Made by a program: the position numbers and the translations under genes
Notes under the pieces: generated by a model
The model's database searches: none
The model's input: the letters and a program-made list of their open reading frames with translations, nothing else
What the model was told of the DNA's origin: nothing
Part shown: piece after piece, positions 1-10,219 of the stretch
Layout: the number at the start of each line of letters is the position of its first letter
Position numbering within the stretch: position 1 is the stretch's first letter
Virus record (IMG/VR): IMGVR_UViG_3300002098_001673
Coordinates: 1 to 64,000 of that record
Length of the DNA: 64,000 nt
Source: a virus
Direction: 5' to 3' (one strand)

Positions 1-680
1 GAAGAACCAGAACTACCTGAAGTACCATCCGTTCCACTTGAACCAGAGCTGCCTGAAGTACCATCTGTTCCTGAAGAACCAGAGCTACCTGAAGTACCAT
101 CTGTTCCATCAACTCCGCTTATTCCTGACGTTCCTGAACTTCCGCTTGAACCTGACGTACCATCTGCTCCTGAAGAACCAGAACTACCTGAAGTACCATC
201 CGTTCCACTTGAACCAGAACTACCTGAAGTACCATCTGTTCCACTTGAACCAGAGCTACCTGATGTACCATCTGTTCCTGAAGAACCAGAACTACCTGAA
301 GTACCATCCGTTCCTGAAGAACCAGAACTACCTGATGTACCATCTGTTCCACTTGAACCAGAGCTACCTGAAGTACCATCCGTTCCACTTGAACCAGAGC
401 TACCTGAAGTACCATCCGTTCCTGAAGAACCAGAGCTACCTGATGTACCATCTGTTCCACTTGAACCTGAAGTACCATCTGTTCCTGAAGAACCAGAACT
501 ACCTGAGGTACCATCCGTTCCTGAAGAACCAGAACTACCTGAAGTACCATCCGTTCCTGAAGAACCAGAACTACCTGAGGTACCATCCGTTCCATCAACT
601 CCGCTTATTCCTGACGTTCCTGAAGAACCACTTGCCCCTGAAGAACCACTTGTCCCTGAAGAACCAGAAGTTCCTGATGT
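1..680. repeat. Coding tandem repeat of 9-nt units (Gly-X-Y codons)
   Basis: Recurrent gaagaacca/gaactacct/gaagtacca/tccgttcct units; the rarer ccgcttattcctgacgttcctga block occurs twice (about 115 and 601). Confidence 0.95.
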
Positions 681-1409
681 AAATCCTGTAATAGTAATAA
701 CACTATTATCACTATTATTTAAGTATAAAATTTGAGCATTACTATCATAAGTTCCTGCGGTTATAGTACCATTAAATCCTGTAATTGTAATAGTACCTCC
801 CGTATTGTTATATAAATCTAAAATTTGAGTCCCTGAAAAATAAGTTCCTCCAGTAATTTGAATATCCGTCCCACGAACTATTCTCCATCTAGCATCATTT
901 CTTTCAACTCCATTATATCCTTCAATTGTTGAAGCTGTCCAAGCATTAATAAAGTTTTGACCTTGTTGTGAACGATTATTTATTGTTGTAGAATAATCTG
1001 TCATTGTCACTCCAGAATTACCTGTAAGTCCAGATAAATTATCCCATAATGTTTGATAGTTTTGTATAATATATTGATATACTGTATCAGTCTCATGTAC
1101 ATATACTTGCATTCCCAACCTTCTTCTTCCACTTGAAATATTATCTGAATTTAAATTAATAACATCAGGAGAAAAGGCTGAACCAGTTCCTTTTGTAAAA
1201 TTAATCGCTATTGTATTCGCCGATAATTGTATTACCGCTGGATACGTATTAGCTGTTAATGTTAATGAAAGGTCACTTAAATAGTAAACTTCCATATAAC
1301 CTCCAATATCTAATACAGAAAAATTAGTACCAAAAGTACTAGTTCTAGATATACTATTTGGGCCTGAAAGTTGAGATGAGGTTAATGGATTTTTATAAGG
1401 AACTGCCAT
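3..1409 (-). CDS. Gly-X-Y (collagen-like, Ser/Thr-rich) repeat protein, probable tail fibre; runs off the left edge
   Basis: Not in ORF track (no stop in window). ATG at 1409 reads MAVPYKNPLTSSQLSGPNS...RRRLGMQVYVHETDTVYQY...ITITGFTSG, then GTS/GSS/GTD triplets to the edge with no stop seen. Confidence 0.8.
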   Translation of the reverse strand, partial: MAVPYKNPLTSSQLSGPNSISRTSTFGTNFSVLDIGGYMEVYYLSDLSLTLTANTYPAVIQLSANTIAINFTKGTGSAFSPDVINLNSDNISSGRRRLGMQVYVHETDTVYQYIIQNYQTLWDNLSGLTGNSGVTMTDYSTTINNRSQQGQNFINAWTASTIEGYNGVERNDARWRIVRGTDIQITGGTYFSGTQILDLYNNTGGTITITGFNGTITAGTYDSNAQILYLNNSDNSVITITGFTSGTSGSSGTSGSSGASGSSGTSGISGVDGTDGTSGSSGSSGTDGTSGSSGSSGTDGTSGSSGSSGTDGTSGSSGTDGTSGSSGSSGTDGTSGSSGSSGTDGTSGSSGSSGTDGTSGSSGSSGTDGTSGSSGSSGTDGTSGSSGSSGTDGTSGSSGSSGTDGTSGSSGSSGADGTSGSSGSSGTSGISGVDGTDGTSGSSGSSGTDGTSGSSGSSGTDGTSGSSGS

Positions 1410-1433
1410 AGTTAATTTGTTATTTTAATTATT

Positions 1434-2534
1434 TTATGATTTTGTATTTCCCTTTATCCATAAAGTAGAGTTTAATGGTAAATTAGATAATGAAGGAATT
1501 AAATACAACTCAAGCATCCATAATACCCTATAGTTTCCTGAAGGAATTACACTTCCACTTGGAACTAAAACATTAATCCCTGCATTTGTCGTATCCGGTA
1601 TTCCATTATTAATAATTGATGTTGAACAAGCATTTCCACTTCCGACATCAAGTGTCATATTATTAAAAGTTCCCCCAACACCATCAAGTGGAATCCAAAC
1701 AGTATATACATACTGTTGATTAACATTAACATTTGATGTATTTATTGGAATACTTCCAAATGTGTATTGATTTTGAGGACATCCATATGAATCAACTCCA
1801 GTTCCAATAGATTGTTTAATATTTCCTGATAGTGTTGATACATTTGTAATAAAGTTACCATTTGACCCTGTCCATCCAGAATATTGAACATATATCGCCA
1901 AATCAGAACCATAACTTTCCCCTCCTGCAGGACCTCCACTATTAGTATATCCATAGTAATTATTTGAACCATTATCATACATATACTGACCCAAATTATT
2001 TTGAGAGACACTATCTTGCGGTTCAGGAAAAACATAAGCTCGATATAAAGAAGCACTAGGTGTTGGAGTATTAGTTAATGTTGGTGTTTGAGTTGGAGTA
2101 ACAGTTTCAGTAGGTGTTTGAGTATTAGTTACTGTAGGTGTTTGAGTTGGAGTAACCGTTTCAGTAGGTGTTGGAGTTGGTGTAACGGGCTCAGTAGGTG
2201 TTTGAGTTGGAGTAACCGTTTCAGTAGGTGTTGGAGTTGGTGTAACGGGCTCAGTAGGTGTTGGAGTTTGAGTTACTGGTGTTAAAGTAGGCGTTGGAGT
2301 TGGAGTCTGAGTTACACATTGTAAATAAATGATAATACCATCAATCATTTGAGTTCTTGAATACCCAGAACCAAAAATAATATCATCAATGTAAATACTA
2401 AATGGACCTACTGCATTTGATGCTGGGTCAAGGCTAACAATACATGTCGTGCAACAATCAACGTTTATTTGCTGTTCTATAATATTACCACAACCGGGTG
2501 TATTATTTACGACTATGATAGAGTATGTTGTCAT
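1434..2534 (-). CDS. Thr-Pro repeat-linker protein, probable virion fibre/decoration protein
   Basis: ORF 1434..2564; preferred start ATG 2534 (MTTYSII), preceded by TATTTAT. Two domains joined by TPTPTPTETVTPTQTPTEPV repeats. Confidence 0.7.
   Translation of the reverse strand: MTTYSIIVVNNTPGCGNIIEQQINVDCCTTCIVSLDPASNAVGPFSIYIDDIIFGSGYSRTQMIDGIIIYLQCVTQTPTPTPTLTPVTQTPTPTEPVTPTPTPTETVTPTQTPTEPVTPTPTPTETVTPTQTPTVTNTQTPTETVTPTQTPTLTNTPTPSASLYRAYVFPEPQDSVSQNNLGQYMYDNGSNNYYGYTNSGGPAGGESYGSDLAIYVQYSGWTGSNGNFITNVSTLSGNIKQSIGTGVDSYGCPQNQYTFGSIPINTSNVNVNQQYVYTVWIPLDGVGGTFNNMTLDVGSGNACSTSIINNGIPDTTNAGINVLVPSGSVIPSGNYRVLWMLELYLIPSLSNLPLNSTLWIKGNTKS
2058..2313. repeat. Thr-Pro coding repeat including a 60-nt direct duplication
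   Basis: tcagtaggtgttggagttggtgtaacgggctcagtaggtg at 2161 and 2221; encodes a (TP)n linker on the minus strand. Confidence 0.9.
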
Positions 2535-2579
2535 CCACTGAGTTTTATTTAATAAATACCACAATCATTCTGTTTCATT

Positions 2580-2861
2580 CTAAGGACATACGGATAACTC
2601 TATAATAATCTCAAATGAACAAGATAATACACAATCTAAAATTTTAAAAATTTGGCATCCATTATTATCAATTAACAAAAGCATCACTTCTGGTGCTGTT
2701 TCAAAAATAGCGGGAATAGTAATATTATATGCTATTGTTGGTGGTACAGGACCAGATGGTATAATCCCAATCAATGTTTGATTATTACCGTAGATATCTG
2801 CTATATAAACTGATATAGGATATGTACTGCCCGATATTTCTGTTATTCTTATTTGTCTCAT
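2580..2861 (-). CDS. Hypothetical small protein of the fibre cluster
   Basis: ATG at 2861 overlaps the upstream TGA (ATGA coupling); MRQIRITEISGSTYP. Confidence 0.65.
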   Translation of the reverse strand: MRQIRITEISGSTYPISVYIADIYGNNQTLIGIIPSGPVPPTIAYNITIPAIFETAPEVMLLLIDNNGCQIFKILDCVLSCSFEIIIELSVCP

Positions 2862-4993
2862 GTTAAACACATAATATCATATATGATAATTAATTCTATA
2901 ATTATTTCTTGATTGTTAAGAATAGGGTTTATTGTACTTGTTGTTATTGTTATTTGATTATTAAAAGCCTCTATGGTAACTGACCCAATTCCAGGAATTC
3001 CAAGTAATATACTTTGAATCTCGTCATACCATAAATTATCACTTGGAGCTGATGTTAATGTAGTTGCAGTGTAAAAAACTTGGCTTATAACAGTACCTAA
3101 CGGTTTTATTGAAACTTTTGCAGTAAATGTTGCCGAAATTAAATCACAATTTGTATTACCAGATGTTAAATCAAAAAATCCTTCATTTAACATTTGAGTT
3201 AATCCATATTTGGTTGGAGACTCTATTTGAAATACTTCACATCCCATAGCGTATGTTTGATAAGATGCATATAATTGAGAACAATTAATTGAAATTGTTC
3301 TATGTAACGAACATGAATTACTATCAATGATTGTTAAACTATATGTTCCGGCAGTAAGATTTGACACTTGTATTTGTTGCGGATTCGATGGTACATTATC
3401 TGACCAATTAAAAGTAAATGGTGGAACTCCAGAAGAAATGAGCGCACTGATTGTACCATCAGAACCATTACCACAAGAAGTACTATATAATGTAAAATCA
3501 ACTAAGGAACTTCCATTAACAAACACTTGAGATTTTTGAGTACATCCAACAGCGTCCGTTACTGTTACAGTATGTTGACCAGATGATACGTTTGTAAATG
3601 TTACCGTATCAAGATTAGTATCAATAATATTGACTACACCATCCAAAGAAAAATTAAAAGGAGCAGTTCCTCCAGTTGTCCTCATAACTTCAATAGCTCC
3701 ATTATTTTGAGCACAAGTTGTTGGCGTAGTTAATGTTGAAATTGTGAATTTATTTTCGGTAAATAAAGTAGTTTCTTGTATAAATGCACATCCATTTGCA
3801 TCTTGAACTGAAATAGTATAAGTTCCAGATTCTAAATTTGAAAATACTTGTGTTGATTGAAAACTACTAATAACTAACGTATTTCCACCAGGCTCAATTA
3901 ATGTATATGTGTATGGAGTTGTTCCGCCAATGACAGATGCAGTAATAGAACCATCAACACTTGAACATGTGGAATTTTGAGTTGTAATATTAATTGAACT
4001 GATTCCCTGAGGTGTATTTAATGTTGTTCCTACTATAATACTACAAAGACCTGAATCAGTCACTAAAAAATTATATTGTCCGGAAGACAATCCACTTAAA
4101 CTAAATGTTTTACTATATGAAATTTCAAAAAAACCAGTAGACGCAGAATAATAATATGGAGCGGTTCCTCCTGTTATTGTTAAATTAATAACTCCATCAC
4201 TTGCAAAACAACTAGGTGGCGTTACAGTAAAAAGGCCAAAACCTATTGCAGGAACATTTTCAACAAATGCACTTTCAGTTTTAGAACACCCTAAACTATC
4301 GATAACTTGCACCGAATAATTTCCAGACGTTAATCCAGTTATTGTATTTCCTGTTTGACCATTACTCCAATAATACGAATATGGCGCAACACCTGTCTGA
4401 CCTGTCACATATATTTTACCTATTGGTGTTCCTCCACAACTTGAATTAGGTACAACATATAAACCAAAATCAAATGGTTGTGATTCCTCAATAATAAATG
4501 TTTGACTTTGTCCTGAACAACCTCCTAAATCTTGTGCAATTAAATAATATGTTGATGCACTTAAAGTTCCAAATATGATTGTTGAAGTATTTGTAATTCC
4601 TGAATTAATGAATGTATTATTTATATCAAATAAATAAAAATTAGTTGAGGAGTAATTTGATGTAGAAGTTCCTGTAACCGAGCCATTATTTATATTACAA
4701 GAAGTACTCATAGTATCAACTATACTACAACAAACTCCATTAGATACTGGTATATTTACATAAAATTCTTGGTTAGTAGGTAAAGTACTATCATTTAAAC
4801 GAAGTGCGTATGTTCCGCCACTTAATCCTGTCCTGATAGAAGGTAATACGGTAACAGTATCTACTCCCAAATTAGGACTTTGCCAATCTACTGTATATGG
4901 TGGAGTTCCTCCATATGGTAATATTGATATTATTCCCACTAAAGAACTTGTACAATCCCCTGTTGTTGATATTTGATAATTAAATGCTGCCAT
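2858..4993 (-). CDS. SprB-repeat-containing protein (adhesin-like beta-sandwich repeats)
   Basis: Repeated C-x3-DG-x-I-x5-GGT-x-P-Y/F-x-Y/F-x-W and LsaGtYsvtVtDanGC motifs, e.g. SCGNGSDGTISALISSGVPPFTFNWS...LTAGTYSLTIIDSNSC, typical of the Bacteroidota SprB repeat. Confidence 0.8.
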   Translation of the reverse strand: MAAFNYQISTTGDCTSSLVGIISILPYGGTPPYTVDWQSPNLGVDTVTVLPSIRTGLSGGTYALRLNDSTLPTNQEFYVNIPVSNGVCCSIVDTMSTSCNINNGSVTGTSTSNYSSTNFYLFDINNTFINSGITNTSTIIFGTLSASTYYLIAQDLGGCSGQSQTFIIEESQPFDFGLYVVPNSSCGGTPIGKIYVTGQTGVAPYSYYWSNGQTGNTITGLTSGNYSVQVIDSLGCSKTESAFVENVPAIGFGLFTVTPPSCFASDGVINLTITGGTAPYYYSASTGFFEISYSKTFSLSGLSSGQYNFLVTDSGLCSIIVGTTLNTPQGISSINITTQNSTCSSVDGSITASVIGGTTPYTYTLIEPGGNTLVISSFQSTQVFSNLESGTYTISVQDANGCAFIQETTLFTENKFTISTLTTPTTCAQNNGAIEVMRTTGGTAPFNFSLDGVVNIIDTNLDTVTFTNVSSGQHTVTVTDAVGCTQKSQVFVNGSSLVDFTLYSTSCGNGSDGTISALISSGVPPFTFNWSDNVPSNPQQIQVSNLTAGTYSLTIIDSNSCSLHRTISINCSQLYASYQTYAMGCEVFQIESPTKYGLTQMLNEGFFDLTSGNTNCDLISATFTAKVSIKPLGTVISQVFYTATTLTSAPSDNLWYDEIQSILLGIPGIGSVTIEAFNNQITITTSTINPILNNQEIIIELIIIYDIMCLT

Positions 4994-4995
4994 TA

Positions 4996-7974
4996 TTATT
5001 TGTTACAATTTATGTCTATGTTTATACCAACATTCAAACAAAGTGTTTCATTAATATATCTTGGTTGACATGTTAAGCTACTTATAGTTAACATATTACC
5101 ATTAAGGAAATAAGTAAAACCATAATCATACAACATAGGTAAATAATTAATTAAAGCTGTTCTCCATTGTATATTTGTTGGAACATCATTTATTCCGTAT
5201 CCAACATAGAAAAGTTCTTGAATTATAATTTCATTACCAATTCTTAAATCAACATACCAATCAGTGGCAACAGAATTTTGATTACATTGTGTTAATGTTA
5301 ATCCACTAGACGCTAATAAATTATTAACTCTGTTATATAAAATACTACTAAAACTTGAAACAGTAACGTCCCCATTTAACCAAGGATATATATTAAAATC
5401 AACATATTCAGTAGAACATGTATAATCAAAAATATTTGATATTATATAACAAGGATTAACAGGAACTGGAATAAATTGGCACCCTCTTTGTCTTCTATAA
5501 ACAAATTTTTGTTTATGAAAAATTGAATTTTCAAATCTTACTCCTCCATTCCATATTGTTGTCGCTGGTATCATTTGTTCTACCAACTTTAACCAATATG
5601 GCCCGATACCATTCACATAATCAATCAACTTTTGATAAGTATATTTGTTATTTGGCAAACCAACTGTTTCTTGAGATTGGATATATTTCCAAAAAATAGA
5701 TTGTAAAGTTGGGTACCCTCCAGTCTTTCCATCAGTAATGTATTGACGATTTCTAACATTAATCATATTTTCCCAAAAAGTTTGAGTAAATTCAAAAAAT
5801 GTTTTCTTTTTTGGGTCTGGTTTAATATAAGTGGAATCAACTCCTCCCGGAACTGGATAATTAACTGTAAGCCCGCTTTCAGGAATTGGATAATCATATC
5901 TTCTTGATTCATCCCACACGTCATATACAAGACCTTGAGCAGGATTTAAAAATAAATCAATGTTTTTAACATTTAATACTAACTTCTCATTATCCACAAA
6001 ATAATATGCATTATAATCACCTTGTATTGATACTCTAATTTTATCGTCAGTTGCTAACCAAGATTTATTATTATCAACAACTTTTCTTAATTTAAATCCT
6101 TCTGTCATGTATGGAAAATCTCTATATCTATTTAGATAAGTTTGGCCATATGTGAAAGGTGTTAATTGTGTTTGTATACTATAATTTTGTCCTGTATATA
6201 CAAGTCCAGTTAATTGTATTTCATCTGGACTTCTATGTGATGGTGTTGTTTCATACCATCCTGCACCTATTTGGAAAAAATATGTTTCTGTATTTAATGG
6301 AGCCTTTGGATATCCTTCAGCGTCCATAGGATAATCAACCAATCTTATAGATACGGATTCATAAACTGAAGTAGATGTGAATGCAGTAAATAATTGTCCT
6401 TTAACTTTAAAAGTATCATTTTGTAAAAAACTCGGAGATTCATCAACATAAGTTCCACCAGATATTTTTGCGTATTGGGTATAAAATTGGTCTAAATTTA
6501 TTTTTTGGTCCGCTAAGTAAATATGTTCATTATATTCAATCAAAGAATCAGGAGCCCCAATAAGTCTCATAAGAAATTCTATCGACCTTCTCGTTCCTTT
6601 TGATTTAAATAAATAAGCAGCATTTAATATTAGATTTCTATAATATTGATAATTTAATTCTGTTGGAGTTAAAGCTCTAGCATATCCTGGATATGTTGGA
6701 GTCGATGTGTTTCCAAAAACAGAACTTAAAAAGTCTTCATTTGTAATTGGAGAAAAATTAGAACTCCATCCCAAAGTTTGAGATAGATTAGCGAGTAATT
6801 GTGATGGAATATCGTTAGATGGATTATAATTTACAGAATTCATATAAGCCAACCCATCGATGAATTGTTTTATTTGGTCAAAACTTCTTCCATATATTTG
6901 AAATATTTTTTCTACTTTTTGTCCTAACGTATCAAAATCTTTTAACGCTCCAGTAACTAAAAATCTTGAAATTAAATTTGTTTTAAACGAATCTAAGTTT
7001 TCTGCAATATCTTGTAACTGTGTTAAATAATCATCAAACAAAAAAGACCTAATATCTAAATTCCATGTACCATCTTTAGGCCAAGTAACTTGTCTATAAT
7101 CTGTATAAAATTGTCCATATTCATTTTGTTGTGGAACTTGAAAAACTGCAGTATACTCAGGTCTTACTAACCTATTTACTAAAAATTTTTCAACCTCATC
7201 AAAATCTTCTGAAAAAATTCTATCAACTATATAATCATTTGGTCTTACTTTAAAAGTATTATTTGAAGTTGTTGCCGAGGTACCAAATGGAGCTCCCGAA
7301 ACATAAAAAGCAATATACCCACTAGTTAAAGTTTCTGATGGTTGGAATGATAATACTTTATATATATTATCATTAATATCAATACAATAGTCTAAATAAG
7401 TATTATATAAATTTCTATATGGAGACGTTGTAATTTCTCTAATTGATAGATTAGTTGTCGCACTAATAGAATAATCAATATCAAACGGATTAAGAATCCT
7501 ATTAACATTTATTTCAAAATAAGTTTCATCTAAATTGCTATCATAAAATATATTTATTGCAGTATTTCCTGTTGTATAATCAAGAGAATTATAAAGAATA
7601 TCTAACGATGCCGGAAAAAAATTTATTATTTTTGTTACCGACACACTAAATCTTTTAGATAATGAACCATACATTGAAAAGTTAAGAACTTGTGAAACAT
7701 CATAGTTCGGATAAACTCTAAACTGTGTCGCAATTATTCTTCGACTTTCTGTCAAATCTTCAATATTCATTCCATCTAAAGTCATTGGCTCAGAAAAAGC
7801 TCCAACATTAAAATGTCTATTAACTTTTTCAGTAACCGAAGTTGTGAATTCAAAATTACCTTGCGTAAGACCTCCACCTTCAACAGTTTGTAAACCAACT
7901 ATGTTGTCAGAAAATGTTCCAGCGCCATTCCCTGGCCTTGGGGGATAAAAATATTTACTTCTTGATGTTGCCAT
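4996..7974 (-). CDS. Baseplate wedge protein with P2 gpI-like segment
   Basis: DIPSQLLANLSQTLGW...YLFKSKGTRRSIEFLMRLIG resembles the gpI/gp7-type 'L..LA..LG...KGT...I' signature; baseplate context. Confidence 0.65.
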   Translation of the reverse strand: MATSRSKYFYPPRPGNGAGTFSDNIVGLQTVEGGGLTQGNFEFTTSVTEKVNRHFNVGAFSEPMTLDGMNIEDLTESRRIIATQFRVYPNYDVSQVLNFSMYGSLSKRFSVSVTKIINFFPASLDILYNSLDYTTGNTAINIFYDSNLDETYFEINVNRILNPFDIDYSISATTNLSIREITTSPYRNLYNTYLDYCIDINDNIYKVLSFQPSETLTSGYIAFYVSGAPFGTSATTSNNTFKVRPNDYIVDRIFSEDFDEVEKFLVNRLVRPEYTAVFQVPQQNEYGQFYTDYRQVTWPKDGTWNLDIRSFLFDDYLTQLQDIAENLDSFKTNLISRFLVTGALKDFDTLGQKVEKIFQIYGRSFDQIKQFIDGLAYMNSVNYNPSNDIPSQLLANLSQTLGWSSNFSPITNEDFLSSVFGNTSTPTYPGYARALTPTELNYQYYRNLILNAAYLFKSKGTRRSIEFLMRLIGAPDSLIEYNEHIYLADQKINLDQFYTQYAKISGGTYVDESPSFLQNDTFKVKGQLFTAFTSTSVYESVSIRLVDYPMDAEGYPKAPLNTETYFFQIGAGWYETTPSHRSPDEIQLTGLVYTGQNYSIQTQLTPFTYGQTYLNRYRDFPYMTEGFKLRKVVDNNKSWLATDDKIRVSIQGDYNAYYFVDNEKLVLNVKNIDLFLNPAQGLVYDVWDESRRYDYPIPESGLTVNYPVPGGVDSTYIKPDPKKKTFFEFTQTFWENMINVRNRQYITDGKTGGYPTLQSIFWKYIQSQETVGLPNNKYTYQKLIDYVNGIGPYWLKLVEQMIPATTIWNGGVRFENSIFHKQKFVYRRQRGCQFIPVPVNPCYIISNIFDYTCSTEYVDFNIYPWLNGDVTVSSFSSILYNRVNNLLASSGLTLTQCNQNSVATDWYVDLRIGNEIIIQELFYVGYGINDVPTNIQWRTALINYLPMLYDYGFTYFLNGNMLTISSLTCQPRYINETLCLNVGINIDINCNK

Positions 7975-8882
7975 TAACTTGTTATATTTGTAAAGTTCTT
8001 ACTAAAATCTATATTATTTCCTCTGCTTTGCCTAACCTCATATAATAATGCATTAAATTGGTCTCTAATTTCGTACAAATTGTATTGTTTGTAAATGTTA
8101 TCTTGAGCATCATAAATTGTGTATATTCCGTCATCAATAGATTTAGTCTGATTACCGTAAAGAGCAATTGCTAATGTTGAAATATCATTCTCAACCATTT
8201 CAATTTCTAAAGTAATTGGATTAAAATATGTGTTTGTTATTATTATACTTTGACTAGGTTGACCTATATATGGAGTCGCGTTTGGCTTATTGGTTGGTGA
8301 TGATGAAGGTGATAATGTTAGAAACATTAAATTAGAATTTCCATCAACATACCTATATCTTATTGCTTTTTGTGTTGTGTTAACTTCATTAGTAACTACT
8401 GGTTCACAATAAAAACAAGATGTAATAACTCTAAAGAAGTTTGGTATTTTTGAACCATCGGTATTTAAATATTCAATTCTAAATCCAATCAATCCCTGAG
8501 GAACAAATTTATTTTGATATTCAACAGGAACATTAGTTAAATCAATAACAATTCCTTTTACATTTGGTAAAGCACTCAAAACTCCGCAATCCGTAATTAC
8601 CGTTCTTATTTGTGCTGGTCTTAAATATAAAGTATAAATGCCAAGAGCATTAAATTGTTCTGCAGGTAATGTTAAATTATATAATCCACCTAAGACTTCA
8701 ACACCTGCGTTACCTCCTGTTTCAGTATTACTGAAATATGGTTTTAAAATTGTTTGAGAATCAAGTTTAGTTAAAACAAATGCATCAGTCACATCTCTTG
8801 TTGGGGTATAATTCATTATAATCTCAACATCAGCAGGACTAACATCACTACCTCTTATTGTACCATAGCTTCCAATGCTCAT
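7974..8882 (-). CDS. Hypothetical protein, probably structural
   Basis: 302-aa ORF coupled to the downstream gene (TAATG overlap). Confidence 0.7.
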   Translation of the reverse strand: MSIGSYGTIRGSDVSPADVEIIMNYTPTRDVTDAFVLTKLDSQTILKPYFSNTETGGNAGVEVLGGLYNLTLPAEQFNALGIYTLYLRPAQIRTVITDCGVLSALPNVKGIVIDLTNVPVEYQNKFVPQGLIGFRIEYLNTDGSKIPNFFRVITSCFYCEPVVTNEVNTTQKAIRYRYVDGNSNLMFLTLSPSSSPTNKPNATPYIGQPSQSIIITNTYFNPITLEIEMVENDISTLAIALYGNQTKSIDDGIYTIYDAQDNIYKQYNLYEIRDQFNALLYEVRQSRGNNIDFSKNFTNITS

Positions 8883-8887
8883 ATAAT

Positions 8888-9127
8888 TTATTTTTTGATT
8901 AATTCATTTATTGTTATAGAACATTTAGTTCTTTTTTTTACATTTTCTTCCCAAGGAATAAATTTTAAATTTTTAATATCGCCAATAATACTTGGGTCTA
9001 TATTTTGATTAAATCCCTCAACAATTGAAAATTTGTGGTCTAAATGAAAATTCCCATCTAATCTATATTTAGTCGTATAGGATTGAATACTTCCACATTT
9101 TGGACATGCCTTACAACAAACTTTCAT
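8888..9127 (-). pseudogene. Internally deleted HNH homing endonuclease remnant
   Basis: 79 aa: CPKC knuckle joined directly to FHLDHKFS...NLKFIPWEENVKK HNH core; the usual intervening region is missing. Confidence 0.6.
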
Positions 9128-9142
9128 ATTTATAAATACCTT

Positions 9143-10219
9143 TTAATTTTTTTTCTCTACATTAAAAAAACCATACCCATAGTTTATCATATCTCCCAAG
9201 TTGTCAACTTCACCCAACCTCATAATTCTTTCAAGAGCGGAGTTTTTACCTCTTTCAATATAAACATTTGTTTGTATCTGTGGTTGGTCAATAACTTTCA
9301 ATAAAACTTCTTCTTTTGTTATTGGTACCGCAGTTAAATTATTATCGGTTAATCCTGAAGATTGTTGAAAAAATATCGTTACTCCGTCTATATAATCATA
9401 ATAATTAATATCAGTAATTGTATATGCAGTAAAAATTGGTGACATGTCTGTAATAACACCCCATATTTGATTGTTAGCTATTACAGGAGTTCCAACTTGA
9501 TATTTCGGTGTTCCATAAAGAGCCAATTCAGTTATTCTTGATTTTGTAATTCCTGATATAGTATATGGGATTGAAACATAATTTATTGACGTTTGAGGAA
9601 CAACTTCATTAACAGCATCCCCTGAAAAAATATAATCATAAGATATTGGTGTTGTGGACCAACTACCTCCTGCAGGAACAAAAAAAGCTTCACCATTAGG
9701 ATTATATATTATCACATTTTCAAATGGCGTTGGTACTGTTTTTGATACTTTAGTTACACCCCAAGGATTTGTCTGTTCTAATGTTATAACATATTTTGTA
9801 GATGCGTTAGGATATGTATGACTAATTGAATTAGGAGCATACGTAGTAATTGCTTGTTTAGGAGAACCATCTCCCCAATCAATAAAATATGCGGATAAAT
9901 CAAGAAATTTTTGAAAATCACTTGACGTGTTATAAACATAATAGGTATATGGATGTCCTGTTGTCGCTGAAAACATAAAATTAGCAACAACATCTTTTTG
10001 TAATACAGCCCCATCAAAAGGACTATAATATCCTGCATCAATAGCTGTTTGGGTTATTAATATTGGTACGGTCAATCCTGTTAATAATGAACTACCATTT
10101 GGTCCACCTGTCAGTACTTGAGTCATAGCAGAATAAACACCTACTTCAGTTCCTTTGTAATTAACAAGATATAAATCTCCTGCAATATTTTCTGGCGATA
10201 TTATAATATTATAATCCAT
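9143..10219 (-). CDS. Hypothetical virion protein with PKD-like motif
   Basis: YFIDWGDGS...ISHTY resembles the PKD-domain WGDG signature. Confidence 0.6.
   Translation of the reverse strand: MDYNIIISPENIAGDLYLVNYKGTEVGVYSAMTQVLTGGPNGSSLLTGLTVPILITQTAIDAGYYSPFDGAVLQKDVVANFMFSATTGHPYTYYVYNTSSDFQKFLDLSAYFIDWGDGSPKQAITTYAPNSISHTYPNASTKYVITLEQTNPWGVTKVSKTVPTPFENVIIYNPNGEAFFVPAGGSWSTTPISYDYIFSGDAVNEVVPQTSINYVSIPYTISGITKSRITELALYGTPKYQVGTPVIANNQIWGVITDMSPIFTAYTITDINYYDYIDGVTIFFQQSSGLTDNNLTAVPITKEEVLLKVIDQPQIQTNVYIERGKNSALERIMRLGEVDNLGDMINYGYGFFNVEKKN

Noticed and set aside
1-680. Possible CRISPR array
   Set aside because: Contiguous 9-nt coding units with no unique spacers and no cas genes.
38-682. 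ORFs 38..682 (+) and 119..598 (-)
   Set aside because: Shadow frames of the Gly-X-Y repeat; the real frame is the minus-strand ORF from 1409.
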